A stretch of 59,557 nucleotides of DNA from Neovahlkampfia damariscottae (Eukaryota): positions 1 to 59,557 of the forward strand of contig JABLTG010000132.1 of NCBI GenBank assembly GCA_016618085.1. Direction: 5' to 3'. Positions 1 to 10,359 of this stretch are shown in pieces. Within the stretch, counting starts at the first letter, position 1. Each line of letters begins with the position of its first letter. The notes under the pieces are model-generated. The model worked only from the letters and a program-made list of their open reading frames with translations. It did no database searches and was not told the DNA's origin. Position numbers and translations under genes: made by a program.

Positions 1-2
1 AA

Positions 3-740
3 ATGATAAAAATAGAAAGAAAAATCGAAGAAGAAAAAAGTAAATCTCCAATAAAAGCAAAAAAAGAAGGAACACCAAAAAAAACAACAGGAAAAAATAA
101 ATCACCACAAAAACCAAAAAAAACGACAGCAAAACCTTCTACGGAATTTCAAAATTTAATTAAAGAAAAATCAGAATTACAAAGACGTTATGATGAAACA
201 AGACCTTTAACAGATGAAGAAAAACAAATAAATGATGAATTGAAAAAAATAGAAGACAAAAAAATTAAAATGTCAGATAAATATGAGAAAAAGAAGAATA
301 ATGAAGAAAAGAATGTCAAAAATCCGAAGGCAAACATACTTTATAAAATGCCTTATGCATACCCAGCTTATGACTTTTTATTTTATGATGGAAATTGTTT
401 ATATTATTTTCAAATATCATTAGACAGTTTTGTTGATCATGAAAAACGATTTGAACGTGAATTTGGTAAAACTTCGATGAGTTCACCTTATAAAAAACTC
501 GGGAGAAAATCACCCAGAGAAACAATTAAATTGACCTTTGACTCAAATGATATCAAAGAATATTATATATACCTCTCACCCGAACCTATGGCTGACAGAA
601 AAGACTCAAGAACATCTAACAGATTGTATCAAGACAAGAGCATAGAATATTTATTTGTATGTGATCAAGACTTTTCAAAAACCTTATCGAAGGCTTTTGG
701 AGATAAATTTTTGAAAATACTCGATACTAAAGATAAATAG
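3..740 (+). CDS. 5'-truncated Lys-rich protein with C-terminal PD-(D/E)xK-like (Crinkler/RHS REase-like) motif
   Basis: Open from the window edge to TAG at 740. The motif PYAYPAYDFLFYDGNCLYYFQIS resembles the P..P..D.......FQ.S pattern of eukaryotic REase-fold effector domains. Confidence 0.45.
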   Translation: MIKIERKIEEEKSKSPIKAKKEGTPKKTTGKNKSPQKPKKTTAKPSTEFQNLIKEKSELQRRYDETRPLTDEEKQINDELKKIEDKKIKMSDKYEKKKNNEEKNVKNPKANILYKMPYAYPAYDFLFYDGNCLYYFQISLDSFVDHEKRFEREFGKTSMSSPYKKLGRKSPRETIKLTFDSNDIKEYYIYLSPEPMADRKDSRTSNRLYQDKSIEYLFVCDQDFSKTLSKAFGDKFLKILDTKDK

Positions 741-1272
741 TTTATTGTTTTAGATTCCAAAACAAAGGATTCACCAACTCGTAGTTTTTATTAGCCATAA
801 TTTTGGACCAACCGAATCCCAAACCCACGACCAATAATTAGCAGAACCAAAATGAAAAATTATGGATAACAAAAAGTAAGAAGGTAACTAAAATTTTCAA
901 ATGACAAAAAACCGCCGAGTTGAGGCGTGAGATGGCAAGAAAATGGCTCTGGGAGTATCGGGGATTTGGTCAAAAAAAATGGAATTTCCACGAGAAGGGG
1001 CTTTTTTCATTTCCTTGGGGGGTGAAAATTAAAAAAAGTTAAATTCCCAGCCGGACCTTCTGCTTCTACTACTCACGTTTGCCAAAATTGGAGGCGTATT
1101 TGGATCATTCTTATACTCACTGTCATTTTTATCGCTCTGGATTTTGTTAAGCTTTATAATGGATTATAAGAAAATATACATTAAACTTTAGCGAGACTAT
1201 TGCCTTTTTTTCAGTTTTTCTAAAATATACCTTGGTTGATGAATAATAGCTAAGTTTTATTGAAAATTATGT

Positions 1273-2020
1273 TTAGAAATATAACTTATTTTCAGAATTC
1301 ATATAAATAATGTCTACTTCACTAGAGATGAGTTGACTCTCCATTTCTGAAAAATACGTTGTATCATCAAAAGATCGAAATGAATATTGGGTAGCGGTAT
1401 AATGCTGTATTGCATCATAAAAACTTCTTTCTGGATGATGTGTATCATCTGATTGAAGTTGTTGCATTTCAGTTGATTTTGAATCTAGGTACCAAATATG
1501 GAATCTATGATCATCAGTGCGGCATCTGAAACTCACAGCTTGTTTGAATATTTTGGAAATAAATTCATGTACAGTATTTCTGACGTTAAAAGTGTTTGGC
1601 AACACAAAATCTTCAACATTGGATTCATCTTTCATCATTTCTGTTGAATTGATTTCTGAAAAGAATTCACAGCAAAATGGAGCTAAAATTCCTTGAACCT
1701 TTTCTTGAAGTCTGTCAAATATCTTTTTATCAACTTTTCTATTTCTAATTTTGAGACGAATTACTTGAATGTCCAATTGAAATTCATCATTTTCATCGTT
1801 TCTTTCAAATCTGTCTAAAATTGAAGTTGCATGGTATATTAGAGCATTTTTAGAATTGATTTTGCCAAATTCGATAACATCTTGAACAAAAATGATATGG
1901 TGAAGATGACTATTGTTTACAATCTTTGTAGTTGTCTTACTTTTTCATTCTACAGAACTCTTTAAAGTCCTCAAGTGTCTCTTTATTCTTCAAAACAGTT
2001 CTGAGACACTTTTTTTCCAT
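1273..2020 (-). CDS. RGS-domain protein (2 exons)
   Basis: ATG at 2020; a GT-AG intron at 1910-1940 joins it to ORF 1273-1776. The spliced N-terminus LRTVLKNKETLEDFKEFCRMKNHLHHIIFVQDVIEF...ILDRF...IFDRLQEKV follows the RGS pattern. CCAAT box at 2050-2054. Confidence 0.65.
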
Positions 2021-2268
2021 CTTGTTACTGTTGATACTAGAGAATAATGATTGGTTCGGCAATTAACAATATAATTTCCTTTTCAGGAAATATAAAACCC
2101 CAAAATAAGTATGATCAAGTGTAGTTGAGGAAAAAATTGTTCCAAAAAAAGAGAGATGAGTATGTTCAATCATAATCAGTAACTGATGTTTTTTTTTTCT
2201 CCAATAGATATCCATTTTTGTTCATGATTTCCACAATAAAAACAGTTTAAATTTGCCTCACACTTAAA

Positions 2269-2828
2269 TGGATTGGTGCTTACAAAATGTGGGCACTTGG
2301 ATTCAATGGAAATGGCACTATTGTATGAACAATAAAAAATTAACAAAAAATGATATTTAGGTGGGTAGTGCAGATACAAGTATTCAATTTGATCATCCTG
2401 CTTTAGTTAAAAACTATCTTGGATACAGAAGGAAAAGATTTTAAACATGATTATAATTGGTTTGATGGAGTAAGAATGGAAACTGGTTGTAAATCTTCAT
2501 GTGGTTGTTCTTTAGACAAGCCATGTGACGACCAAAGTCATGGAACTCATACAATCGGGACTGCTGTTGGTGGGGTTGATAGAAAGATTGGAGTAGCTCC
2601 TGGATTAAAATGGATCTGTTGTTGAGGTTTCTCCGATCGTGGGAGACATTGGTCAGTATCAACATTCATTGGATGTTTACAAGTAAGTTTTTTGGTTATG
2701 AAGCTCAGGTTCTCCTAATAATGTTTGTGGTAATTTCAATGATATTTTATTTTTTTTGATAGGCTACGGGTACAATTGATGTATTCAAAGCATACACTTT
2801 AGCAAAACAACAAGGATTCTGCAATTAA
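2269..2828 (+). pseudogene. Disrupted subtilisin-family S8 protease (bacillopeptidase F-like) fragment
   Basis: Reads WIGAYKMWALGFNGNG, intron, VGSADTSIQFDHPAL, frameshift near 2420, DYNWFD...HGTHTIGT...IGVAPGLKWI, in-frame TGA at 2623-2625, then jumps to the C-terminal PNNV/GYGTIDV. The catalytic Ser region is missing. Confidence 0.75.
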
Positions 2829-2976
2829 ACTGATTTTATTTATTGTTTACTTCAGATCTTCTCCAAGAACCACAAGTGTGAGGTATTTATTTTTCCGACT
2901 TTGGTCACGTTTTTTCCCAAATAGAGAATAGACCAATCATAAATCTCCTAAATCCACAAACCAAACTCAAACATTG

Positions 2977-4956
2977 ATGAACTTTAGCTTGAAGCCACTT
3001 GAACTATTGCAAAATACTTTGGACAATCCTTTTGAAACATCTTTTTTTTTAAGTTTTTTGAAGAAAGAATTGAACGAAGAAAACCTACTTGCTTTGTTGG
3101 AAATAATTTCAATAAAAAAGTCACTTTTTTTGACGGAAAGGTTAACAAAGCAACAAAAAGATGAAATTTTTAACTGGACTGAAACTTATCTGTCCACTAT
3201 AAACATTGATTCAAAAGAACAAAATTTGCTAAAGAAAGAATGTGCAACTATCAAAGATTTTGATTATTCTGACAATACATTTTTTAGAGAAATTTTTGGA
3301 GATTTGGAACTATCCATGAGGATTAATTTAGTTGATCCATTTATCAGATTTTATGACAAAGAAGAGAATAATTTAAAAGAATTTATATCAAAAGTTGATT
3401 CACAGGCAAAAAATATTCAATTGAATAATTTTCAATCCTCAGTAGTTTTAAATTCTTTTGTAGAATGGCCTGAAGTCCTTCCTTCAAGAGGTCCATTGAA
3501 AGTTGTAGAAGAATTATTATCCGAAATTTTAGAAATTATTAACAACAAGAAATATTGGATTGTCAAAGAAAAATCATTGATTTTGGATTACAATAGAATA
3601 GATGTAAATATAATTAAACAAAAAGCAGTGGAACTTAAATCTGTTTCTTTAAAAACTTTGGATGAAAATGAAAAGTTAATTTTCTTCATCAATTTGTACA
3701 ACTTTTTAGTTTTGGAAAGTAAATATTTTTCACAACTTAATATCTTTCATATTTTAGGTTCTTTAATTTCCAATGGTCTCAATAAAAAGGATAAAAAAGA
3801 AAGAGATAATTTTCGAAAAAATGTGAAAATAGTTGTAGATGGAAAGGAATTCAATTTAGTTGATATTACAAATCAAATTGATAAAATATATTCAAGTATG
3901 ACTACTGGATACTCAGAAACTGTACTATTTTCACTGATTGATGCAACATCTTCGTAAGAATTTCATTGAAAAAATTTATTATGTAGATCACCTGACTTGG
4001 TTATTTTTCATTCTGGATTTGATACACTGGAAATAATTGATGAAAATTGTGTTGAGTATCTATTGAAAAATATAGATTTTGATGATTTTGCTATTTCACA
4101 AAATTTAACACTCCCATTTGTCGACATGTTTATCACAAGCAAAAAAAAACCAAAAGGACCAAATAAAATGAAAAGAAAAACAGAATTTCAATTAAAATTG
4201 GCTTCAATCAAACGGTATTCAATTGATGGAAACATCCTATCTCCAAAATCACCAAAGAAATCACCAAAAGTATCTCCTTCATCCAATGGAAGCAGATCAT
4301 CAAAAAATTTTGATAATTTACAACAACTTGAAAAATTGATGAAGGAAGAAGAAAGAAAAATGCAAGAAGAATCAGAAAATAGTGAAAAACGACTTTCAAA
4401 AAAATTGGATATTTTAAAGCATTTAGGTGACAATCAAAGTTCATCAGAAAAAAGATCATCAAAAAAAATCAGTCCTTTAAAAAATATTCAATCAATGCAA
4501 GATGTAAAAGAGCATCATAAAATTTCATTGACACCTGATTTGAGTGAAGAAAAAACAAGAATTTTTCAAGAGTCTCCAACTGACAATTCATCATCAAAAT
4601 TGTCTTCATCACCAGTTATGAATCCGAAAAGAAGGAGTTTTTTGATGGGAATATTTCAAAAGGATCAAAATTCAAATGTTGATAAAGCAATGAATCGAAG
4701 ATCTTTGACATTAAATCTTTTCAAAACTGAGAAAAAAAAATTGCACCAAGCATTAGAATTTGATAGAAATATTAATGTTGTTGCATCTCAAAATTTTGTT
4801 GAATTTTGTTTCTATATGCTTGAACCTTTTTTGGAAAATTTCGAAGATGTTGATTGGAAAATTTGTGAAACATTTTATCAAAAACAACGTTCAAATGATA
4901 TAAATTTTATATTTGCTCTAAACAAAGAAAAAAGAATTCAATTTGAACAACAATAA
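2977..4956 (+). CDS. RGS domain + DUF547-like domain protein with Ser/Lys-rich C-terminal region
   Basis: FFLSFLKKELNEENLLALLEI (RGS) and LDENEKLIFFINLYN (DUF547). An intron at 3954-3986 joins the two ORFs; probable in-frame intron near 3719-3757. Confidence 0.65.
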
Positions 4957-5006
4957 AATATATATATTTTCCACCAATCAAAGTGCAACTTTTTTTTTTT
5001 GAAGTC

Positions 5007-5672
5007 ATGTTGGCAACAAAAAGAAAAATATTTTCAACTTTAAAAACTTTGATAAATAAGAATAGATTCTATTCAGAAGTTCCAAAAGTGAATGAAGAAT
5101 TAAAATCAGAAAAATTATCAGAAAATTCAAAAAAAGTTGAAATTAATTTTGAAAAACAACAAGAAAAACCAAAACCACAATCAGAAAAAATAAAGATCAT
5201 AGATACACCATCATCATCACCATCTTTTTTCAGTTCATTTTTTCGAAAATTATTCATTTTGTTTGGAGGTATTTTAGTTGGAAGTTTAATTTATTTTTAT
5301 ACAAAATATAATTTATATTCTGAAATTAATACATTAAATAACTCATTAATTGATATTCAAAACATAAAAACACTTGAAGATATCTATGAAGAAGAATTAG
5401 AAAAAGTGGAAAATAAAATAAAAAATCTTCAACATCAAAGAGACATTGCAAGAGATTTACCAACTGAAGAAATTTCATTTGAAAAATTCATCATCAAAAG
5501 AGCATCAAATCAATGGAATTCATTATTAAAACAAGTTAAAAAACAAGTTGAAAAATCAAAAATAAGAAAAATAGCAAGAGAAGATGCAAGAATTGAAAAA
5601 AGAATTCTCGATGAATTATCATCAAAAGGAGTAAATACTGATCATGTTAAAATTAAAACAATTCAAAAATAA
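5007..5672 (+). CDS. Putative mitochondrial single-TM coiled-coil protein
   Basis: Basic N-terminal presequence ending in RFYS, one TM segment (LFILFGGILVGSLIYFY), then coiled coil. Confidence 0.6.
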   Translation: MLATKRKIFSTLKTLINKNRFYSEVPKVNEELKSEKLSENSKKVEINFEKQQEKPKPQSEKIKIIDTPSSSPSFFSSFFRKLFILFGGILVGSLIYFYTKYNLYSEINTLNNSLIDIQNIKTLEDIYEEELEKVENKIKNLQHQRDIARDLPTEEISFEKFIIKRASNQWNSLLKQVKKQVEKSKIRKIAREDARIEKRILDELSSKGVNTDHVKIKTIQK

Positions 5673-5682
5673 AAATATTAAT

Positions 5683-8385
5683 TCATTCATCTTCTAAAGC
5701 AGCCTTTAAATCATCAATTCTCTTTTGTAATTTTTGTTCAGTTTTTTTATGTTTCTTTATTAATTGTTCTTCTCTTGATTCCATAACTTCTAATTCTTCA
5801 CTTAATTTTTCTGCTTTTCTTTTATATTTTTCAATTTTTTTCATTGCTTGATCAATTTTATCTTCCAATGCTTCTTGATTTTCAGTTGCTTCTTTAACAA
5901 ATTTATTATTTTCTTTAATTTGATCATCTAATTCTTTTTGAATTTTTGAGAATTTCTTTGTATTTTCTTCTCTATGATTCATTTTTTCTTGTAATTCTTC
6001 AATTTTTTCTTCTTTTGATTGAATTTTTGTATTTAATTGTTGAATAATTGCTTCATTTTTTTTAACTTTAATTTCTAATTTATTAACTTTTGTTGTTTCT
6101 TCAGAGAGTGCATTTTCAAATTCAAATCTTTCTTCTCTAATTGCATCTTTTAATTTTTTTTTTGATTCTTTAAGTTCAATTAATTTGTCTTGCATTTTTT
6201 CAATTAATTCTTGATCAGCTTCTAATTCTTGTTGTTGTTCTAAAAGTTCATTATATTCTTGTTTTAAATCATTCAATTGTGTTGATGATTTTTGTAATTC
6301 TGTAATATATTTTTCATTAGATCCATGTAATTGTGAAATTATTTCTTTATCTTTTTCAGATTCATCTTTTTGTTCTTTTAATTTTTCATTTAATGATTCT
6401 TTTTCTTTGAATAAAGAATCTGATTTATCTGTCAATTCTTTGACATGTAGTGATAATTTCTCGTTCATTTTTTCTAATTCAATAATTTGTTCTTTTAATT
6501 CTTCAATTTCTTCTTCTAATAATTCATCTTCTGCAGGTTGTAATATTTCAACATTTTCAATTTCTTCTTGTTTTCTTTTTAACTTTTCATCTTTTTCTTT
6601 TAATTTTAATTTTAATTGTTCAATATCTTTTTCTTTTGATATTGTTATTTCTTTTTGTGATTCTAATTCTTTTTCAATTGATTTTGTTTTTTCTTGTTCT
6701 ATTTCAATTTCTTTTTTTAATGTTTCAATTTTTTCTTTTTGTTCAACTAATAAATCTTGTTGTTCTTCAATATCAACTTCATTTTCTTTTAGTTCAGTAT
6801 TTAATGATTCAATTTGTGAATTTTGTTCAGAAATCAAATTTTTTTGTTTTTTCACTTTTTCTTCCAATGAATCATTCTTTTCTTTTAAATCTTTTGTTAA
6901 TTCAATCATTTCTAAATCAAATGATTCTTTTTTTTGTTTCATTTCTTCAACATGTTGTTTTTTCAATTCTAATAAATCAACATCTAATTTTTTAACATCA
7001 TCTGCTTCTAATTGGATAGTTTGTAATTTTTTTTCAATTTCTTCTTTTTCATGTTTTAATTCTTTATTTTGTGTTTTTAAATCAGATAATTCATTTTCTA
7101 ATTTTTCAATATTTTCCTTCAAATTTCCAGTTGTTATTTTTTCCATTTGTTTTTCTTCAAAAACAGATTGAATTTCTTCTTGATATTCTTCTATTTCTTC
7201 TTTTAATTCATCAATTTGTTTTTGTTTTTCTCTTTCTAAATCAATTTTTTCATTTTCTAATTGGTTAATCTGTTTTTTTAAATTTGAAATTTTTTCATTT
7301 TCTGTTTGATTTTTGTCTAATTTTTTTTTTTCATTTTCTAAATATTTGTTTTCTAAATCCAATATTTTTTGTTTTAAATCTTTTTCTGAATCTTTTAAAT
7401 TGACAATATCATCTTGAAGTTTCATATTTTCTGTATCAAATTTTGACTTGATTGATTTCTTTTCTACATTAATTAATTCTAATTCTTTTTGTAATTGTAA
7501 AAATTCTTCTAATTGTTCATTCAAATCTACTTCTTGTTGTTGTTTTAATTTGTTAATTTTTTCATCTGATTCTTTCTTCACTTTGTCAATGTTTTGTTTA
7601 TATTTTTCAATTTCTTTTTTACTAAAAGTATTTAAATCATCAAGTGCTTCTATTTTATTCTCCAAAGTTTTTGTTTCTTTTTCTTTTTCTTGTTTTAATT
7701 CTTTAATCTGTTTTTTTAATCTTGTAATTTCTTTTGTATTTTCATCTTGAACTCTGAATAAATTATTTTTTTTTTCTTCTTCAGAATCATAATCATCTTC
7801 TAAACTTTTTGTTAAAGAGTCTAAAACTTCTTTTCTATTCTGTTTTTCTTCTTTTTTTTGCGCCAATGAAAGTTTTGGAATGTTTGGTTTTGAACCAGCT
7901 CCATATTTAACATTGGTAAAATCATCAATGTCAATTTGTAATTCTTCTTCTAAAATTTTCTTTTTGAACTTTTTTTCTGTTGGTTTTGTTTTTTTAGTGA
8001 ATACAGTAGTGAATAAATTCAAATCATCCAAATCATCATCTTCATCGTCAAATGATACAGGAATTGAATTTCTTAAGTTTAAGGGTTGAGCAACAGGACT
8101 TCCAGTTACAACTGGAGTTGCTGCTTTACGTATCAATTGGCCTGTTTCAGTGCGACGAAATTCAACAACTGAACTTTGTTTATCTTCCTCTTTAACATCT
8201 TCTTCATCAGAATCACTTGATTCTTGTCCATAGTTTTCATCGTTGTGACCCAAGAACGAAGTTGGTGAAATTCTTTCTTTTGTTGGTGAAGTGACAGCAT
8301 CTTTCTTCTTTCCAAATAAAGTACCTGTTTTTCCTCTTGGTGATTTGATTTTATCAAGAAATGAAGTTTGTCTTTTTTTGCTCAT
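5683..8385 (-). CDS. Long coiled-coil protein (~900 aa)
   Basis: Intronless ORF of E/K/Q/L heptads after a disordered N-terminus. First ATG at 8385; CCAAT box at 8418-8422. Confidence 0.8.
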   Translation of the reverse strand: MSKKRQTSFLDKIKSPRGKTGTLFGKKKDAVTSPTKERISPTSFLGHNDENYGQESSDSDEEDVKEEDKQSSVVEFRRTETGQLIRKAATPVVTGSPVAQPLNLRNSIPVSFDDEDDDLDDLNLFTTVFTKKTKPTEKKFKKKILEEELQIDIDDFTNVKYGAGSKPNIPKLSLAQKKEEKQNRKEVLDSLTKSLEDDYDSEEEKKNNLFRVQDENTKEITRLKKQIKELKQEKEKETKTLENKIEALDDLNTFSKKEIEKYKQNIDKVKKESDEKINKLKQQQEVDLNEQLEEFLQLQKELELINVEKKSIKSKFDTENMKLQDDIVNLKDSEKDLKQKILDLENKYLENEKKKLDKNQTENEKISNLKKQINQLENEKIDLEREKQKQIDELKEEIEEYQEEIQSVFEEKQMEKITTGNLKENIEKLENELSDLKTQNKELKHEKEEIEKKLQTIQLEADDVKKLDVDLLELKKQHVEEMKQKKESFDLEMIELTKDLKEKNDSLEEKVKKQKNLISEQNSQIESLNTELKENEVDIEEQQDLLVEQKEKIETLKKEIEIEQEKTKSIEKELESQKEITISKEKDIEQLKLKLKEKDEKLKRKQEEIENVEILQPAEDELLEEEIEELKEQIIELEKMNEKLSLHVKELTDKSDSLFKEKESLNEKLKEQKDESEKDKEIISQLHGSNEKYITELQKSSTQLNDLKQEYNELLEQQQELEADQELIEKMQDKLIELKESKKKLKDAIREERFEFENALSEETTKVNKLEIKVKKNEAIIQQLNTKIQSKEEKIEELQEKMNHREENTKKFSKIQKELDDQIKENNKFVKEATENQEALEDKIDQAMKKIEKYKRKAEKLSEELEVMESREEQLIKKHKKTEQKLQKRIDDLKAALEDE

Positions 8386-8563
8386 TCCTTTGTTTTTCAA
8401 GATTTTCTGATGTTCTTATTGGTCAACCGTTTTGTAGTTTATTGTCAACTCAAGAATTTGATATTTTTGTTTTTATTAAATGATAAAGCGTTTGAGAAAT
8501 TTATTATCAAAACAAATTTATCAACCAATAAAACGTATTCTAAATTGTACCTCAATTTTGTGC

Positions 8564-9479
8564 ATGAAGAGAAAAATGGAAGAAGAAAATATTGAAAAAA
8601 AAGAATTACAAGAAATAAAAAATGAAATAGTTTCAAATTTAAAATTCACCACCAAGTTTTCAGTTCTTGATGAGATGAAAAAACAAAAATGTGAAAAGTG
8701 CAATAAATCAAGAAGATTTTTTTGTTATAGTTGTATGATTCCAATGAATAATACAGAGCAAATACCAAACGTAAAACTACCGATAAAAGTCATCATGTAA
8801 AAAAAAAAAAAAATTTAATATTTTTTTTCATTAGAATTCAACATCCAAAAGAATTGAAATCTAAAAGTACAGCTATACATGCAAAAATACTTAGTCCTGA
8901 TAATGTTGAAATCTATCAATATCCAGAAATGCCTGATTTTCTCACTAATGAAAATTCAATGATTCTTTATCCATCAAAAGATTCTGTTTCATTTGAAACA
9001 ATAACAAAACAATTAAAAGATGAAAAATCAAATAAACAAGAAAATTATAATTCAAAATTAGCTTATTTAGTCTTTATTGATGCCACATGGAATCAAGCAA
9101 AACAAATAGCAAGAGATGAAAGAATACAATCATTAAGAAAGTTAAAAATAACATCACAAAAGACTTTATTTTGGAGGTAAAAACATTTAAAAAAATTTAC
9201 GTTTTTCCATCAAAAAGATATCAACAATTAGGTTTCAAACAAAAAAAAATTTAACACAAAAATATATTTTCAGGTGATGACCATTTAGCAACTATTGAAG
9301 CTATTTATTATACATTAAAAGAATATCAAATCTTTGCAAAAGGTGAATACAACTCAGAATTTGATGACTTATTATTTTATTATGTATATTTCTATCAATT
9401 GATTCAAGAGACATACCAAGATGAATCAAAAGTTTACAGACATAAAGATGGTTATATTAAAAAAATAAAAAAAGAATAA
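8564..9479 (+). CDS. DTWD1: DTW-domain tRNA-uridine aminocarboxypropyltransferase (DTWD1-like), 4 exons
   Basis: CxxC...FCYSC zinc motif, IQHPKELKSKSTA, FIDATWNQA, FWRYQ and LATIEAIYY after removing introns 8797-8834, 9177-9217 and 9232-9273. ATG could alternatively be 8576. Confidence 0.85.
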
Positions 9480-9513
9480 AATTCATTGACCTTTTCTATT
9501 TTATCCAATCATA

Positions 9514-10137
9514 ATGTTTAGAAGCGATAAGAGAGTGAAGCAACACTTCCATACCTTGAAGTGGAGTTGATAGAAGAAAAACCTTTGTGATTTTTGGAAC
9601 TCCAAATTCAAAAGTGAAAAGAAAAACAAGTGTTCATGAAAAACTTGAATCAAAAATTAACAGTGCCGTCAACTCGTAAATTAATACAAGAAAAAGGTGT
9701 TTTTGAAGGTATTAAAATTGTTTTATTTTTGTAAAACACTTTGTACATCCCATAAAATTATTAAATTAACTTGAAATCATAATCCCAACTTGAAAAATTT
9801 AAATCATTCAAAAAGAAACAGAAGATTATACTGCAGTGCAGTTGTTTCAGTTCCAAGGAGGATTTTTCACTGATGAACAAAGACCAACTGTTACTCAAGC
9901 ATATGAAATTTACAGGCACAATTAAACCCAATGGCCATGAAACGAATCTTGGTCGAAATTTATCTGATTCAGAACGTTTAAAAGATTCTTATACAGCCAC
10001 TAATCGGTAGATTCATTCTAAATGCAAAAAAAAGATTTTTATGAAGATCCAAAGAGAAAATTGAAGACGAAGATGAGGAAGATGAAACTAATTGTCCATT
10101 TGGAAGTTATTCTGCATCAAATAGATCTTTTTGGTGA
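9514..10137 (+). pseudogene. Deleted/frameshifted paralog of the downstream C2-PPPDE gene
   Basis: Remnants FVIFGTPNSKVKRKT, NLSDSERLKDSYTATN and NCPFGSYSASNRSFW* match YVIFKTPNTSVKSKT, NLSDENKLKEKYLTTN and DCPFGHPAETKSFW* of gene 10360-11987 in the same order. No long ORF. Confidence 0.75.
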
Positions 10138-10359
10138 ATAAAAATCTCTTCATGAAAAGTTAATCCATATTCCAAAACAAGTAGTTTTGTGTTTGGACAC
10201 TTCCAAAATTTTTTTTTTTTTTTTTGAGTCATTCAGTTGATTTCTTAAAAAACACCTTTTGTTCTTTTCATCAACATGAAAAGCAATGATTTTGAGTTTT
10301 TCAATCAATTTCCATACACTTGTGATCTTATTGGTTGATTTTACTTTTCACACAAAAAC

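Noticed and set aside
2623..2625. In-frame TGA suggesting recoding, selenocysteine or an alternative genetic code
   Set aside because: It lies in a gene with other lesions. TAA, TAG and TGA all act as normal stops elsewhere, and Trp is TGG.
6407..8089. Long Ser/Phe-rich + strand ORFs
   Set aside because: Antisense shadows of the E/K-rich coiled-coil gene.
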